Source: a virus (lineage: Duplodnaviria; Heunggongvirae; Uroviricota; Caudoviricetes). Taken from it: DNA of 16,502 nt. A program made the translations under genes and the position numbers. Where the stretch lies: the IMG/VR virus record IMGVR_UViG_2718217860_000005, positions 1 through 16,502 of that record; one strand, 5' to 3'. Of this stretch, positions 8,305 through 15,143 are shown one piece after another (position 1 is the stretch's first letter; each line of letters opens with the position of its first letter). Under the pieces are notes generated by a model that was not told the origin of the DNA, did not search any database, and saw only the letters and a list, made by a program, of their open reading frames with translations.

Positions 8305-8820
8305 TCAGAGGCCGAGGGCGTTGCGGTGCGCTTCCATCAGGTCCACACCGTCCACAATTTCCACCATGTTGATAAGGTCCACTTCATAGAGCACCTCACC
8401 ATTGATAGTCAGCTTCGCGTAGCTGTTGGTACTGGTCACTTTGGTGGTGTTGCTTTCGCCCGTCTTCCACTCACCGGAATCCACTTCTTTGTGACGTCCG
8501 CGCACCACAAGCTCCACGGCCTGCACTTCCCCGGTATCGTCACGCTGGATAGAGCCGGTAAAGCGCAACTGGATACCATCCACCGTGGCTTTGCCCATCT
8601 GCTTAAACAGCAGCAGTTCAGTACCACCAATGGAAAATTCCGTATCCAGTGCGCCGTCATCCAGCCCCAGATCAACATCCACTGCACCCGGCATTCCGCC
8701 GCCGCGATACTTCTCATATTTGCGGGTGAATTTCGGCAGCGTCAGCGACTCAACGATCCCCTGCCAGTTGTTCCCGTCATTAAACAGGTTCAGGTGTTTT
8801 AATTTGCGTGGTAAAGCCAT
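8305..8820 (-). CDS. FII: tail tube protein (gpFII-like)
   Basis: 171-aa ORF (P2 FII is about 172 aa) 9 nt downstream of the sheath gene, in the order sheath-tube-E/E'-tape measure. Confidence 0.85.
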   Translation of the reverse strand: MALPRKLKHLNLFNDGNNWQGIVESLTLPKFTRKYEKYRGGGMPGAVDVDLGLDDGALDTEFSIGGTELLLFKQMGKATVDGIQLRFTGSIQRDDTGEVQAVELVVRGRHKEVDSGEWKTGESNTTKVTSTNSYAKLTINGEVLYEVDLINMVEIVDGVDLMEAHRNALGL

Positions 8821-8829
8821 GTTGTCCCC

Positions 8830-10002
8830 TTACGCGCTGACCTGGCTGGAGAAATTCACCAGGTACTGATCGGTGATGCGCTGACGCAGCATCAGGTTTT
8901 CAAGTGGCGGCACTGGTGTGTAGTCGTAGTCGATGGTGAGTTTTCCAGCTTTCAGAGTGTCTTTGTCGTTCACCGACTCATCCAGCCAGCAATCGCCACC
9001 AATGAGATAGCCCTGACTGATCAGGCTGCGCATTTTGGCGCGGATACCTTCGATAATGTCGCGGGCCAGCGACGGATTCAGCGGTTTGTCGACAGCCCAC
9101 ATTGGCGCTTCTGCCATCGTGTCCATCAGCACCTGCGCCGTGCGGGTGTTGTTTTCGAAGGCAAAGAGTGGGTCATCACTCAGACAGCGGGAACCCCAGA
9201 AGCGAAAGCCGTCTTTGCGGATAAGTGTGGTAACATCGTTCTGGTTAAGCAGTCCCGCATCAGTTGCCGGGTCCTGCAGATCCCAGAACACATCAGCAGA
9301 AATTCCAGTGACACCGTTCACGCCCACGTTGGACAGGCTTTTGTGCCACCCTGTCTGCTCATCAATTTTGGCACGCAGACCAAGCGCACGGGCGGTGGCA
9401 TATGCCGTTGCGTCGGCATTCAGCACCGTGTCCCAACCAGTAAAGTCAGGCCAAATCAGCATCCCTTCACGCTGACTGAAGTTTTCACGGTAAGTGATCG
9501 CCTCCTGCACCGTCTTGCAGCCATACGCTGACAGGTAAGCAAACCCACGCAGGCTTTGCGCCACGCCCAGCAACTCAGTAGCAACGGCTTTATTATCGTG
9601 CCCCGGCACGCCGAGGATGCGCGGTTTAACACCGAGCTGTGACTGGGCAGATAACAGGGCTTTCATACCAGTTTTTTTACCTTCAGCAGTCACTGCGCCG
9701 ATGATATTGGTCGTGGTTTCTTCTTCCGTTTCACCCTGCGGCACACGCACAACAACGGTCACGGGTTTTGCCTGGTCAGCGATGGCATCCAGCGAGCGGG
9801 CCAGCGTACCGGATTCACCCGCCTTACCGCTGGCAGTAAGCACATCAGTGATTAGCACGGGTTTATTAAGAGGGAACATTTTTGCATCGGCATCATCGCC
9901 CGTGCAGACCATGCCCACGATGGCGGTGCTCACCGTGGTAATGGATCGAGTGCCTTCGTTGACTTCAACAACGCGCACTCCGTGGTGGTAATCCTGAGCC
10001 AT
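8830..10002 (-). CDS. FI: contractile tail sheath protein (gpFI-like)
   Basis: 390-aa ORF (P2 FI is about 396 aa) with a strong AGGAGG Shine-Dalgarno about 9 nt upstream. It is the first gene after the intergenic region carrying the late-promoter dyad. Confidence 0.85.
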   Translation of the reverse strand: MAQDYHHGVRVVEVNEGTRSITTVSTAIVGMVCTGDDADAKMFPLNKPVLITDVLTASGKAGESGTLARSLDAIADQAKPVTVVVRVPQGETEEETTTNIIGAVTAEGKKTGMKALLSAQSQLGVKPRILGVPGHDNKAVATELLGVAQSLRGFAYLSAYGCKTVQEAITYRENFSQREGMLIWPDFTGWDTVLNADATAYATARALGLRAKIDEQTGWHKSLSNVGVNGVTGISADVFWDLQDPATDAGLLNQNDVTTLIRKDGFRFWGSRCLSDDPLFAFENNTRTAQVLMDTMAEAPMWAVDKPLNPSLARDIIEGIRAKMRSLISQGYLIGGDCWLDESVNDKDTLKAGKLTIDYDYTPVPPLENLMLRQRITDQYLVNFSSQVSA

Positions 10003-10078
10003 AGTGGCGAACCTCCTGATTGGATTAGGCTTCGCCCTATGTTGAAGTGATTGTGTCTGACAAGCAGCTAAGCGCAGT

Positions 10079-10096
10079 TGTACCGTTATTCACACA
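10079..10096 (-). promoter_or_regulatory. Ogr-type late promoter element (PF-like), TGT-N12-ACA dyad
   Basis: The coding strand reads TGT-GTGAATAACGGT-ACA. Its centre is about 85 bp upstream of the FI ATG, compatible with a dyad centred near -55 and a leader of about 30 nt, as described for P2 late promoters. Confidence 0.55.
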
Positions 10097-10108
10097 AAAT
10101 GACGGTAT

Positions 10109-10522
10109 TTATCTGCTTGCAGGGAAAACAGGCCAAATAATATCAGGTGCGGTGCTGGTATCTGTTGCCGTCACAGCCTCGATATAATCCAGCACAACGT
10201 TAAGTCGGGTAGTTTCCTCTTGCGTCAGTTTGCGCCCGGCCTGCAGCTTTAACTGAATCACGCTGATATTGACCATTGCTGCGTCTATCAACGACTGTTT
10301 TTTCTGTTCAGCGTCAGCTACCAGTTCATCATGAGAACGTTCCGGAGTGGGTGGTGCAGTAAATACCCCGTCTGAATACGCCCAGCCGATTCCGGGCTGC
10401 TCACTGATATCAGAAATATTAATGAGCTGCAGATTATCCGGCACAGTGAATTCATCCTCGCCATCCCAGACAATGACATTCACAACCATCCCATTTTCAA
10501 TAACTGCATATGACGCATTCAT
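10109..10522 (-). CDS. tail fiber assembly chaperone (Tfa / gpG-like)
   Basis: The C-terminal motif DTSTAPDIIWPVFP matches the conserved Tfa C-terminus (lambda Tfa has ...VDTSTAPDIEWP...). The ATG at 10522-10520 shares its A with the TAA stop of the fiber gene (TAATG coupling). The ORF track's upstream start at 10546 would overlap the fiber C-terminus. Confidence 0.75.
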   Translation of the reverse strand: MNASYAVIENGMVVNVIVWDGEDEFTVPDNLQLINISDISEQPGIGWAYSDGVFTAPPTPERSHDELVADAEQKKQSLIDAAMVNISVIQLKLQAGRKLTQEETTRLNVVLDYIEAVTATDTSTAPDIIWPVFPASR

Positions 10523-12441
10523 TATGCAAACTCCTCGATAATACAAACCCCATCAGCACCTTTCCCGCCCGTCATACTGGTTCCGCTATAACCTGCATCG
10601 TATGCACCACCTCCGCCTGAACCAAATGCCCTGCCTCTAACGCCACCGCCAGCGCCTGCGCGTCCACCGCCACCCCAGTACGATGTTCCGCCTTCACCGC
10701 TGACGCCGATATTTCCGGACTGACCGTCGCCTCCATCTCCACCAGTGATGCGGATATCGCCAGTACTCGGCACACCTCCGTTACCGCCGTTTGTGTTTGT
10801 AACACCCACTTTCCCGCCACCTTCGCCACCAGGAGCAATTAACGATGCGAATACGCTATTCCCGCCCCTGGTGCCGTTCGTTGCACTAACACCACCGGCC
10901 CCACCTGCGCCGATAGTGACTGGATAACTATTCTGTGTCGGGGTCATTATTGAAATTATTGTTCCACCGGCCCCACCGCCAGCACCGAAAAACGTTTCAT
11001 TATTGGATGTAGCCTTGCAGCCGCCCCCTCCGCCACCGCCGCCCGTTATTGTGACCCTGATCCGTTTTGTTTCTGGTGATGGGGTATACGTACCTGATGA
11101 CGCGAAAGCCCGGGTACTCAGCCGGCGTCCCACGTATCCGCTTGTATCTCCCAAACCAAGATAACGAATAACCTCCTGTTTGCTTGTTTTAGCCAGAATA
11201 TCCCGTCCAACATTAGTCAGGGTTGTCAGGCTGGCTGTATCATTCCCCGTAAAATACGGTAGTTTGTCTGCCGCAGTGGCAAGGCCTGCCAGTGCGGTCA
11301 GTGTGGCGTCGGCAGGTTGTTTTCCATTGGCAAGGTCATATACAGCCTTCACAGCTTTTGGTGTGGCAGCCTGCGTTTCTGACGTGCTGTTAGTGGCGCT
11401 GCTGAGTTGCACGGTACCTTTTACCGTCAGTGAAGCTGCAGGCACATCCGTTATCTGGCTCCACGGGTGCGTGTGACTGACAGGTGCCTTACCTGCTGCA
11501 AGGTCATATGCCGCCTTCACTGCCTTTGGTGTGGCAGCCTGCGTTTCTGACGTGCTGTTAGTGGCGCTGCTGAGTTGCACGGTGCCTTTTACCGTCAGTG
11601 AAGCTGCAGGCACATCCGTTATCTGATTCCACGGGTGTGTGTGACTGACAGGTGCCTTACCTGCTGCAAGGTCATATACAGCCTTCACTGCCTTTGGAGT
11701 GGCAGCCTGCGTTTCTGATGTGCTGTTAGTGGCGCTGCTGAGTTGCACGGTGCCTTTTACCGTCAGCGAGGCTGCAGGTACACCTGTTATCTGATTCCAC
11801 GGGTGTGTGTGACTGGCGGATGCTTTACCTGCTGCAAGATCATATGCAGCCTTCACAGCCTTCGGTGTTGCGGCCAGTATTTCGGATTCACTGTTGGTCG
11901 CACTGCTTAACTGAGTAAAACCTTTTGCGGTCAGCGAGGCGTCCGGGTGACGTCGTGACTGTTCGTGCTCTGATATTTTGTCATCCACATACTTGCGGGT
12001 TGCCAGCACTACAGCAGGGTCGATTTTCAGGATGATATTGTCCGTACTGCTGGTAATCAGCACCATGCGCACGGTCTGGGTACGCCCACTGCCTTCAGCC
12101 AGTTGCGGCTTATAGCTTTCCGGGCAGTTACCCACGGCAATCAATGCCCCGGACTCATCAAACAAGCCCACTTCACGTATCCACCAACCGCCCTCGTTTT
12201 CAGGGATCACCTGTTCAGCAATAATCTGGCTGCTGTTCTGCGGGTCGATATAAAGCATATTCAGCGCAGCCCGGCGTTTCTCATTTACCAGTGCCGTCTG
12301 CTTTGCGTCCGGCGTTGGCAATACTCCGCCGCCATCGCCCACCGCCATATGGGTAATTTTTAGCGGCACACCGAGCGCGGCGGCGCTGGCAAGTTTCGCC
12401 GCGCCAATATCCGTCAGCAGGGTATAAAATTTTGTGCTCAT
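10522..12441 (-). CDS. H: tail fiber protein (gpH-like N-terminus, phage fiber repeats, glycine-rich C-terminal domain)
   Basis: 639 aa. The N-terminal approx. 165 aa resemble the P2 gpH baseplate-attachment region (MAVGDGGG, SYKPQLAEGSGR, HEQSRRHPDASLTAKGFTQLSSATNS). Then come 3.7 tandem 56-aa repeats of the SSATNSTSETQAATPKAVK type, and the last approx. 175 aa are roughly one-third glycine. Confidence 0.85.
   Translation of the reverse strand: MSTKFYTLLTDIGAAKLASAAALGVPLKITHMAVGDGGGVLPTPDAKQTALVNEKRRAALNMLYIDPQNSSQIIAEQVIPENEGGWWIREVGLFDESGALIAVGNCPESYKPQLAEGSGRTQTVRMVLITSSTDNIILKIDPAVVLATRKYVDDKISEHEQSRRHPDASLTAKGFTQLSSATNSESEILAATPKAVKAAYDLAAGKASASHTHPWNQITGVPAASLTVKGTVQLSSATNSTSETQAATPKAVKAVYDLAAGKAPVSHTHPWNQITDVPAASLTVKGTVQLSSATNSTSETQAATPKAVKAAYDLAAGKAPVSHTHPWSQITDVPAASLTVKGTVQLSSATNSTSETQAATPKAVKAVYDLANGKQPADATLTALAGLATAADKLPYFTGNDTASLTTLTNVGRDILAKTSKQEVIRYLGLGDTSGYVGRRLSTRAFASSGTYTPSPETKRIRVTITGGGGGGGGCKATSNNETFFGAGGGAGGTIISIMTPTQNSYPVTIGAGGAGGVSATNGTRGGNSVFASLIAPGGEGGGKVGVTNTNGGNGGVPSTGDIRITGGDGGDGQSGNIGVSGEGGTSYWGGGGRAGAGGGVRGRAFGSGGGGAYDAGYSGTSMTGGKGADGVCIIEEFA
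11326..11940 (-). repeat. in-frame tandem repeat array, 168-bp period, about 3.7 copies, inside the tail fiber gene
   Basis: CAGGTGCCTT recurs at 11481 and 11649, a 168-bp offset, and the blocks 11470-11640 and 11640-11810 are near-identical. Protein copies cover residues 168-223 (diverged), 224-279, 280-335 and 336-372 (partial). Confidence 0.85.
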
Positions 12442-13043
12442 GGATTCACTCTCATTGTGTCAATAACATGGACCGCCCCGCCTTCATGCGCGGTGCCACC
12501 GGAAATAATCGTTTCGTTGATATACGGATAGATCGTGATTTCTTCGCCAAGATAGCTGGCGGCTCCCACCCAATGCGGGCCGCTGGTCTGCAGATTGATG
12601 GACATGCCGATCATGTGGCGGCTACATGGTTTGGCATCGCTTATCAGTCGCTCAAGTTCCAGATAGGTATCTTCAGTGATACCCTGGTCCTGCACGCCGA
12701 TATCCAGGCGAAACGTGCCCGGTGCCTCTCCGGTCTGCCACCACTCAATAATGCGGATCAGAAAGCCGAACGGCTCCACCACCCGCCGCACGGCACTGGT
12801 GGTCCCTTTATGCTGATGAATATAAAAAGCATCCTTCACCACCTGGCGCTTGACGCTTTCTGTCCAGCCCTCGTCCCAGCGATCTACAGAGAACGCCCAG
12901 GCGAGATAAGGCAGGAAACTGACCGGACAGGTTGCCGGATTCCACAAGTCACGAAGCGGCACCTGCAGATCAGAAATCCCGCTGCAGGTTTGCGCCAGTC
13001 GGCGCTCCAGTGGTGTTGAACCCGGTGGCAGCAGACTATTCAT
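12438..13043 (-). CDS. I: baseplate assembly protein (gpI-like)
   Basis: 201-aa ORF. The motifs RDLWNPATCP and LPYLAWAFSVDRWDEGW align with P2 gpI as I recall it. Overlaps the J stop and the H start (ATGA). Confidence 0.8.
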   Translation of the reverse strand: MNSLLPPGSTPLERRLAQTCSGISDLQVPLRDLWNPATCPVSFLPYLAWAFSVDRWDEGWTESVKRQVVKDAFYIHQHKGTTSAVRRVVEPFGFLIRIIEWWQTGEAPGTFRLDIGVQDQGITEDTYLELERLISDAKPCSRHMIGMSINLQTSGPHWVGAASYLGEEITIYPYINETIISGGTAHEGGAVHVIDTMRVNP

Positions 13044-13944
13044 CCGTTCCTCCGTTGGTTACGCTCCACTGCGTACATGATGCCGCCTGTGTTTTGTTCA
13101 GGACCACATCCTCCAGAGGAGAAGCCAGCTCCACACGCTGCACACCCTCAACATGCAGGGCGGCAAAGATGGCGCTACGGCGAATATCCCGACCAAGACG
13201 CGTCTGACTGGCGATGTACTTCTGCAGGCTGGCTTTTGCCGCTGCCATTACCGGCTCTGCTTCCGGTCCAGGATAGAGAAAAATGGTGGCTTCCACGCGA
13301 TACGGGATGATTTCTGCGCTGCGAACCGTAAGACGGTCAGCCACCGGGCGGACGTTCTCACTGTTCAGAGCTTTTTCCACCACGTCCAGCAGGTCTTTTT
13401 CTGCAGTTCCGTCGCCTTCGCGGCTAAGGACAGTCAGCACCACCTCTGCAGGTGCCGGGCTGGTTGCACTGGCATCCGCCACCCGACCGTCGGCGCTTCG
13501 GGCATGAAATTCATAAGCTGCAGTTGGCCCCGCAACTGAAAGCCCTTCAAAGGCTGCAGGCACACGCAGGCGTAACGCTTCATCGCTTTCCATCACAGCT
13601 GCAACGGGCGGCACAGCGTCATTATCAGCAGGCGTCACCGTCAGGCGTTTCACGTTGTAGTTGGCAGCGAGCTGGTCAAGATCGCTGCCCATCGCGTAAG
13701 CCACCATCACAGCCTGCGCGGCTTCGTTAATGCGCTGGCGCAGAAGCAACTCACGGTAAGCGTTCTCCTGCAGCAATTTGGTGACGGGTTCAGATTCCAG
13801 TTCCAGCGTGCGGATCACTGCTTCCTGCTCATCTTTCGGATGAAGCGCAACAAATCCGGCCTTGCGTTCGGCAAGCAGCGTCTCAAAGTCCGGCACATCC
13901 ACAATCTGCGGCGCAGGCAACTGCGAAAGGTCAATCACTGCCAT
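13036..13944 (-). CDS. J: baseplate assembly protein (gpJ-like)
   Basis: The N-terminus from the internal Met (MAVIDLSQLPAPQIVDV...) aligns with the P2 gpJ start, so I place the start at 13944, giving 302 aa as in P2. The ORF track's 13983 start adds 13 residues that overlap W. Confidence 0.8.
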   Translation of the reverse strand: MAVIDLSQLPAPQIVDVPDFETLLAERKAGFVALHPKDEQEAVIRTLELESEPVTKLLQENAYRELLLRQRINEAAQAVMVAYAMGSDLDQLAANYNVKRLTVTPADNDAVPPVAAVMESDEALRLRVPAAFEGLSVAGPTAAYEFHARSADGRVADASATSPAPAEVVLTVLSREGDGTAEKDLLDVVEKALNSENVRPVADRLTVRSAEIIPYRVEATIFLYPGPEAEPVMAAAKASLQKYIASQTRLGRDIRRSAIFAALHVEGVQRVELASPLEDVVLNKTQAASCTQWSVTNGGTDE

Positions 13945-14290
13945 TCTCTGCTCCTGTTGATACTGAAAGGGACACAGGCACACCGTTATTCCGCCGCCCG
14001 GTCAGCTCCACCACCATTGAACCGTCAAAATTGCTGTTAATAGTGATGGAATCCAGCGTCAGCCGTGGCTCCCAGCGACTCAGTGCCACATACACAGCCG
14101 ACATAACCTGCAGGCGTAACGCCGGATTTTGTGGCTGATCTATCAGTGCCGACAGCAGGGAACCATATTCCCGACGGGCAATGCGGCTACCCTGCGGCGT
14201 CAGCAGAATGTCCCGCACCGACTGGCGCAGATGGTCAATATCAGTAATGGCTTTACCGTTGGTATTGTTCATCCCGCTATAAAGCGTCAT
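13931..14290 (-). CDS. W: baseplate wedge protein (gpW-like, T4 gp25 family)
   Basis: 119-aa ORF between V and J (P2 gpW is about 115 aa), with the lysozyme-like gp25-family pattern (LLTPQGSRIARREYGS). ATGA overlap with V. Confidence 0.8.
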   Translation of the reverse strand: MTLYSGMNNTNGKAITDIDHLRQSVRDILLTPQGSRIARREYGSLLSALIDQPQNPALRLQVMSAVYVALSRWEPRLTLDSITINSNFDGSMVVELTGRRNNGVPVSLSVSTGAENGSD

Positions 14291-14865
14291 ACCGGGCCTC
14301 CGGTTGTGTCGCCGCCTTTCAGGACGCCAGTATGCTGATGCGCATCAACCACGATCCCGTTAGAACTCATTGCTCCGCCGCCCTGGGTAACGCCACCATT
14401 GATCACCACTTCGCTGTTAATGCGCGTGCGGTCAGCCTCCAGTACAAACTCACTGGTTTTCATGGTGATGTTGTCAGCGGCCTCAATGACCATTGATTTG
14501 ATGCCCCTGACATACCAGCGCCCGGTGGCGGGTTCATATTCAAACCAGCCACCGTCCGGGTATTCCGTCACGTTGCCGTCCTCAGAGCCTGAAGGTGGCG
14601 GAAACTGGTTTGAGTAGACCGCAGGCAGGGCAAACGCGGTTTCCAGATTGCCGCCAAGGCTGAACAGCACAACCTGCTCACCCACAGACGGTTTCCACCA
14701 GGTGCGCGATTTGCCCGCGCGCAGTGTCAGCCAGTTAATCCAGTTGGTTTCGAGGTCGCCAGTTTTCACCCGACACAGCCAGTTTGCCCTGTCCACTTCG
14801 GTGACTACACCTGTGCGGATCAGGTTGGTGATAAGGCGCATGATTTCGGTTAATTGTGCGTTCAT
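14287..14865 (-). CDS. V: baseplate spike/hub protein (gpV-like)
   Basis: 192-aa ORF. The N-terminus (NLIRTGVVTEVD...) and the C-terminal HQHTG...GGDTTGGPV region align with P2 gpV. It is the first gene of the V-W-J-I-H-tfa block. Confidence 0.8.
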   Translation of the reverse strand: MNAQLTEIMRLITNLIRTGVVTEVDRANWLCRVKTGDLETNWINWLTLRAGKSRTWWKPSVGEQVVLFSLGGNLETAFALPAVYSNQFPPPSGSEDGNVTEYPDGGWFEYEPATGRWYVRGIKSMVIEAADNITMKTSEFVLEADRTRINSEVVINGGVTQGGGAMSSNGIVVDAHQHTGVLKGGDTTGGPV

Positions 14866-14911
14866 AGGGAAAGGTTGCCATCAATAGCAAGCAGTAGACA
14901 GCCTTTGTAAT

Positions 14912-14929
14912 TGTATTAGACATAGAACA
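14912..14929 (-). promoter_or_regulatory. candidate Ogr-type late promoter element (PV-like), TGT-N12-ACA dyad
   Basis: TGT-TCTATGTCTAAT-ACA on the coding strand. The centre is only about 55 bp upstream of the V ATG, which would imply a very short or absent leader, so this call is tentative. Confidence 0.4.
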
Positions 14930-15085
14930 AATGCCTTTCAATGGTCTGCGTTAGAGCATTAATACGTTGCAAAAGGTCGAATGACGTTGCGCAAGTTAAG
15001 AAGTTCAATGCTCTTAAAAAAGCACTTGAAAGCAACGCCTTTAATTATTAAAAGCCAATTAATTTAGGCGGTTACTATGTTATCT

Positions 15086-15120
15086 TTGACACAAAAGATG
15101 TTTATTGACAATATATAAGT
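15086..15120 (+). promoter_or_regulatory. candidate sigma-70 promoter region for the DUF262 gene
   Basis: Two TTGACA hexamers (15086-15091 and 15105-15110) and an AT-rich TATATAAG stretch (15112-15119) lie 25-60 bp upstream of the ATG at 15144. The exact -35/-10 pairing is ambiguous. Confidence 0.4.
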
Positions 15121-15143
15121 TCAATCTAACAAGGAGAAAAATT

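Noticed and set aside
10003-10108. Cargo or defence gene at the canonical P2 Z/fun position between the tail fiber assembly gene and FI
   Set aside because: The spacer is only about 106 bp, holds the PF-like dyad and the FI Shine-Dalgarno, and contains no ORF. This hotspot is empty in this element.
10523-10546. Upstream start of the Tfa ORF (MYYRGVCI...) overlapping the fiber gene
   Set aside because: The ATG at 10522 overlaps the fiber TAA stop in a classic TAATG coupling arrangement, so the 8-codon extension is probably not used.
11326-11940. Possible CRISPR array, suggested by regular direct repeats
   Set aside because: The repeats are 168 bp, contiguous without spacers, in-frame, and encode the conserved phage fiber repeat inside a long ORF. 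This is not a CRISPR array.
10109-12441. Invertible tail-fiber segment (Mu G-segment or P1 C-segment type) with alternative fiber tips
   Set aside because: There is only one fiber C-terminus and one tfa gene, with no inverted duplicate of the fiber 3' end, no flanking inverted repeats and no invertase (Gin/Cin-like) gene in the window.
13945-13983. N-terminal extension of J (MCLCPFQYQQEQR) from the ORF-track start
   Set aside because: Alignment to the P2 gpJ N-terminus begins at the internal Met (MAVIDLSQLP). The extension would overlap the W C-terminus by more than 50 nt.
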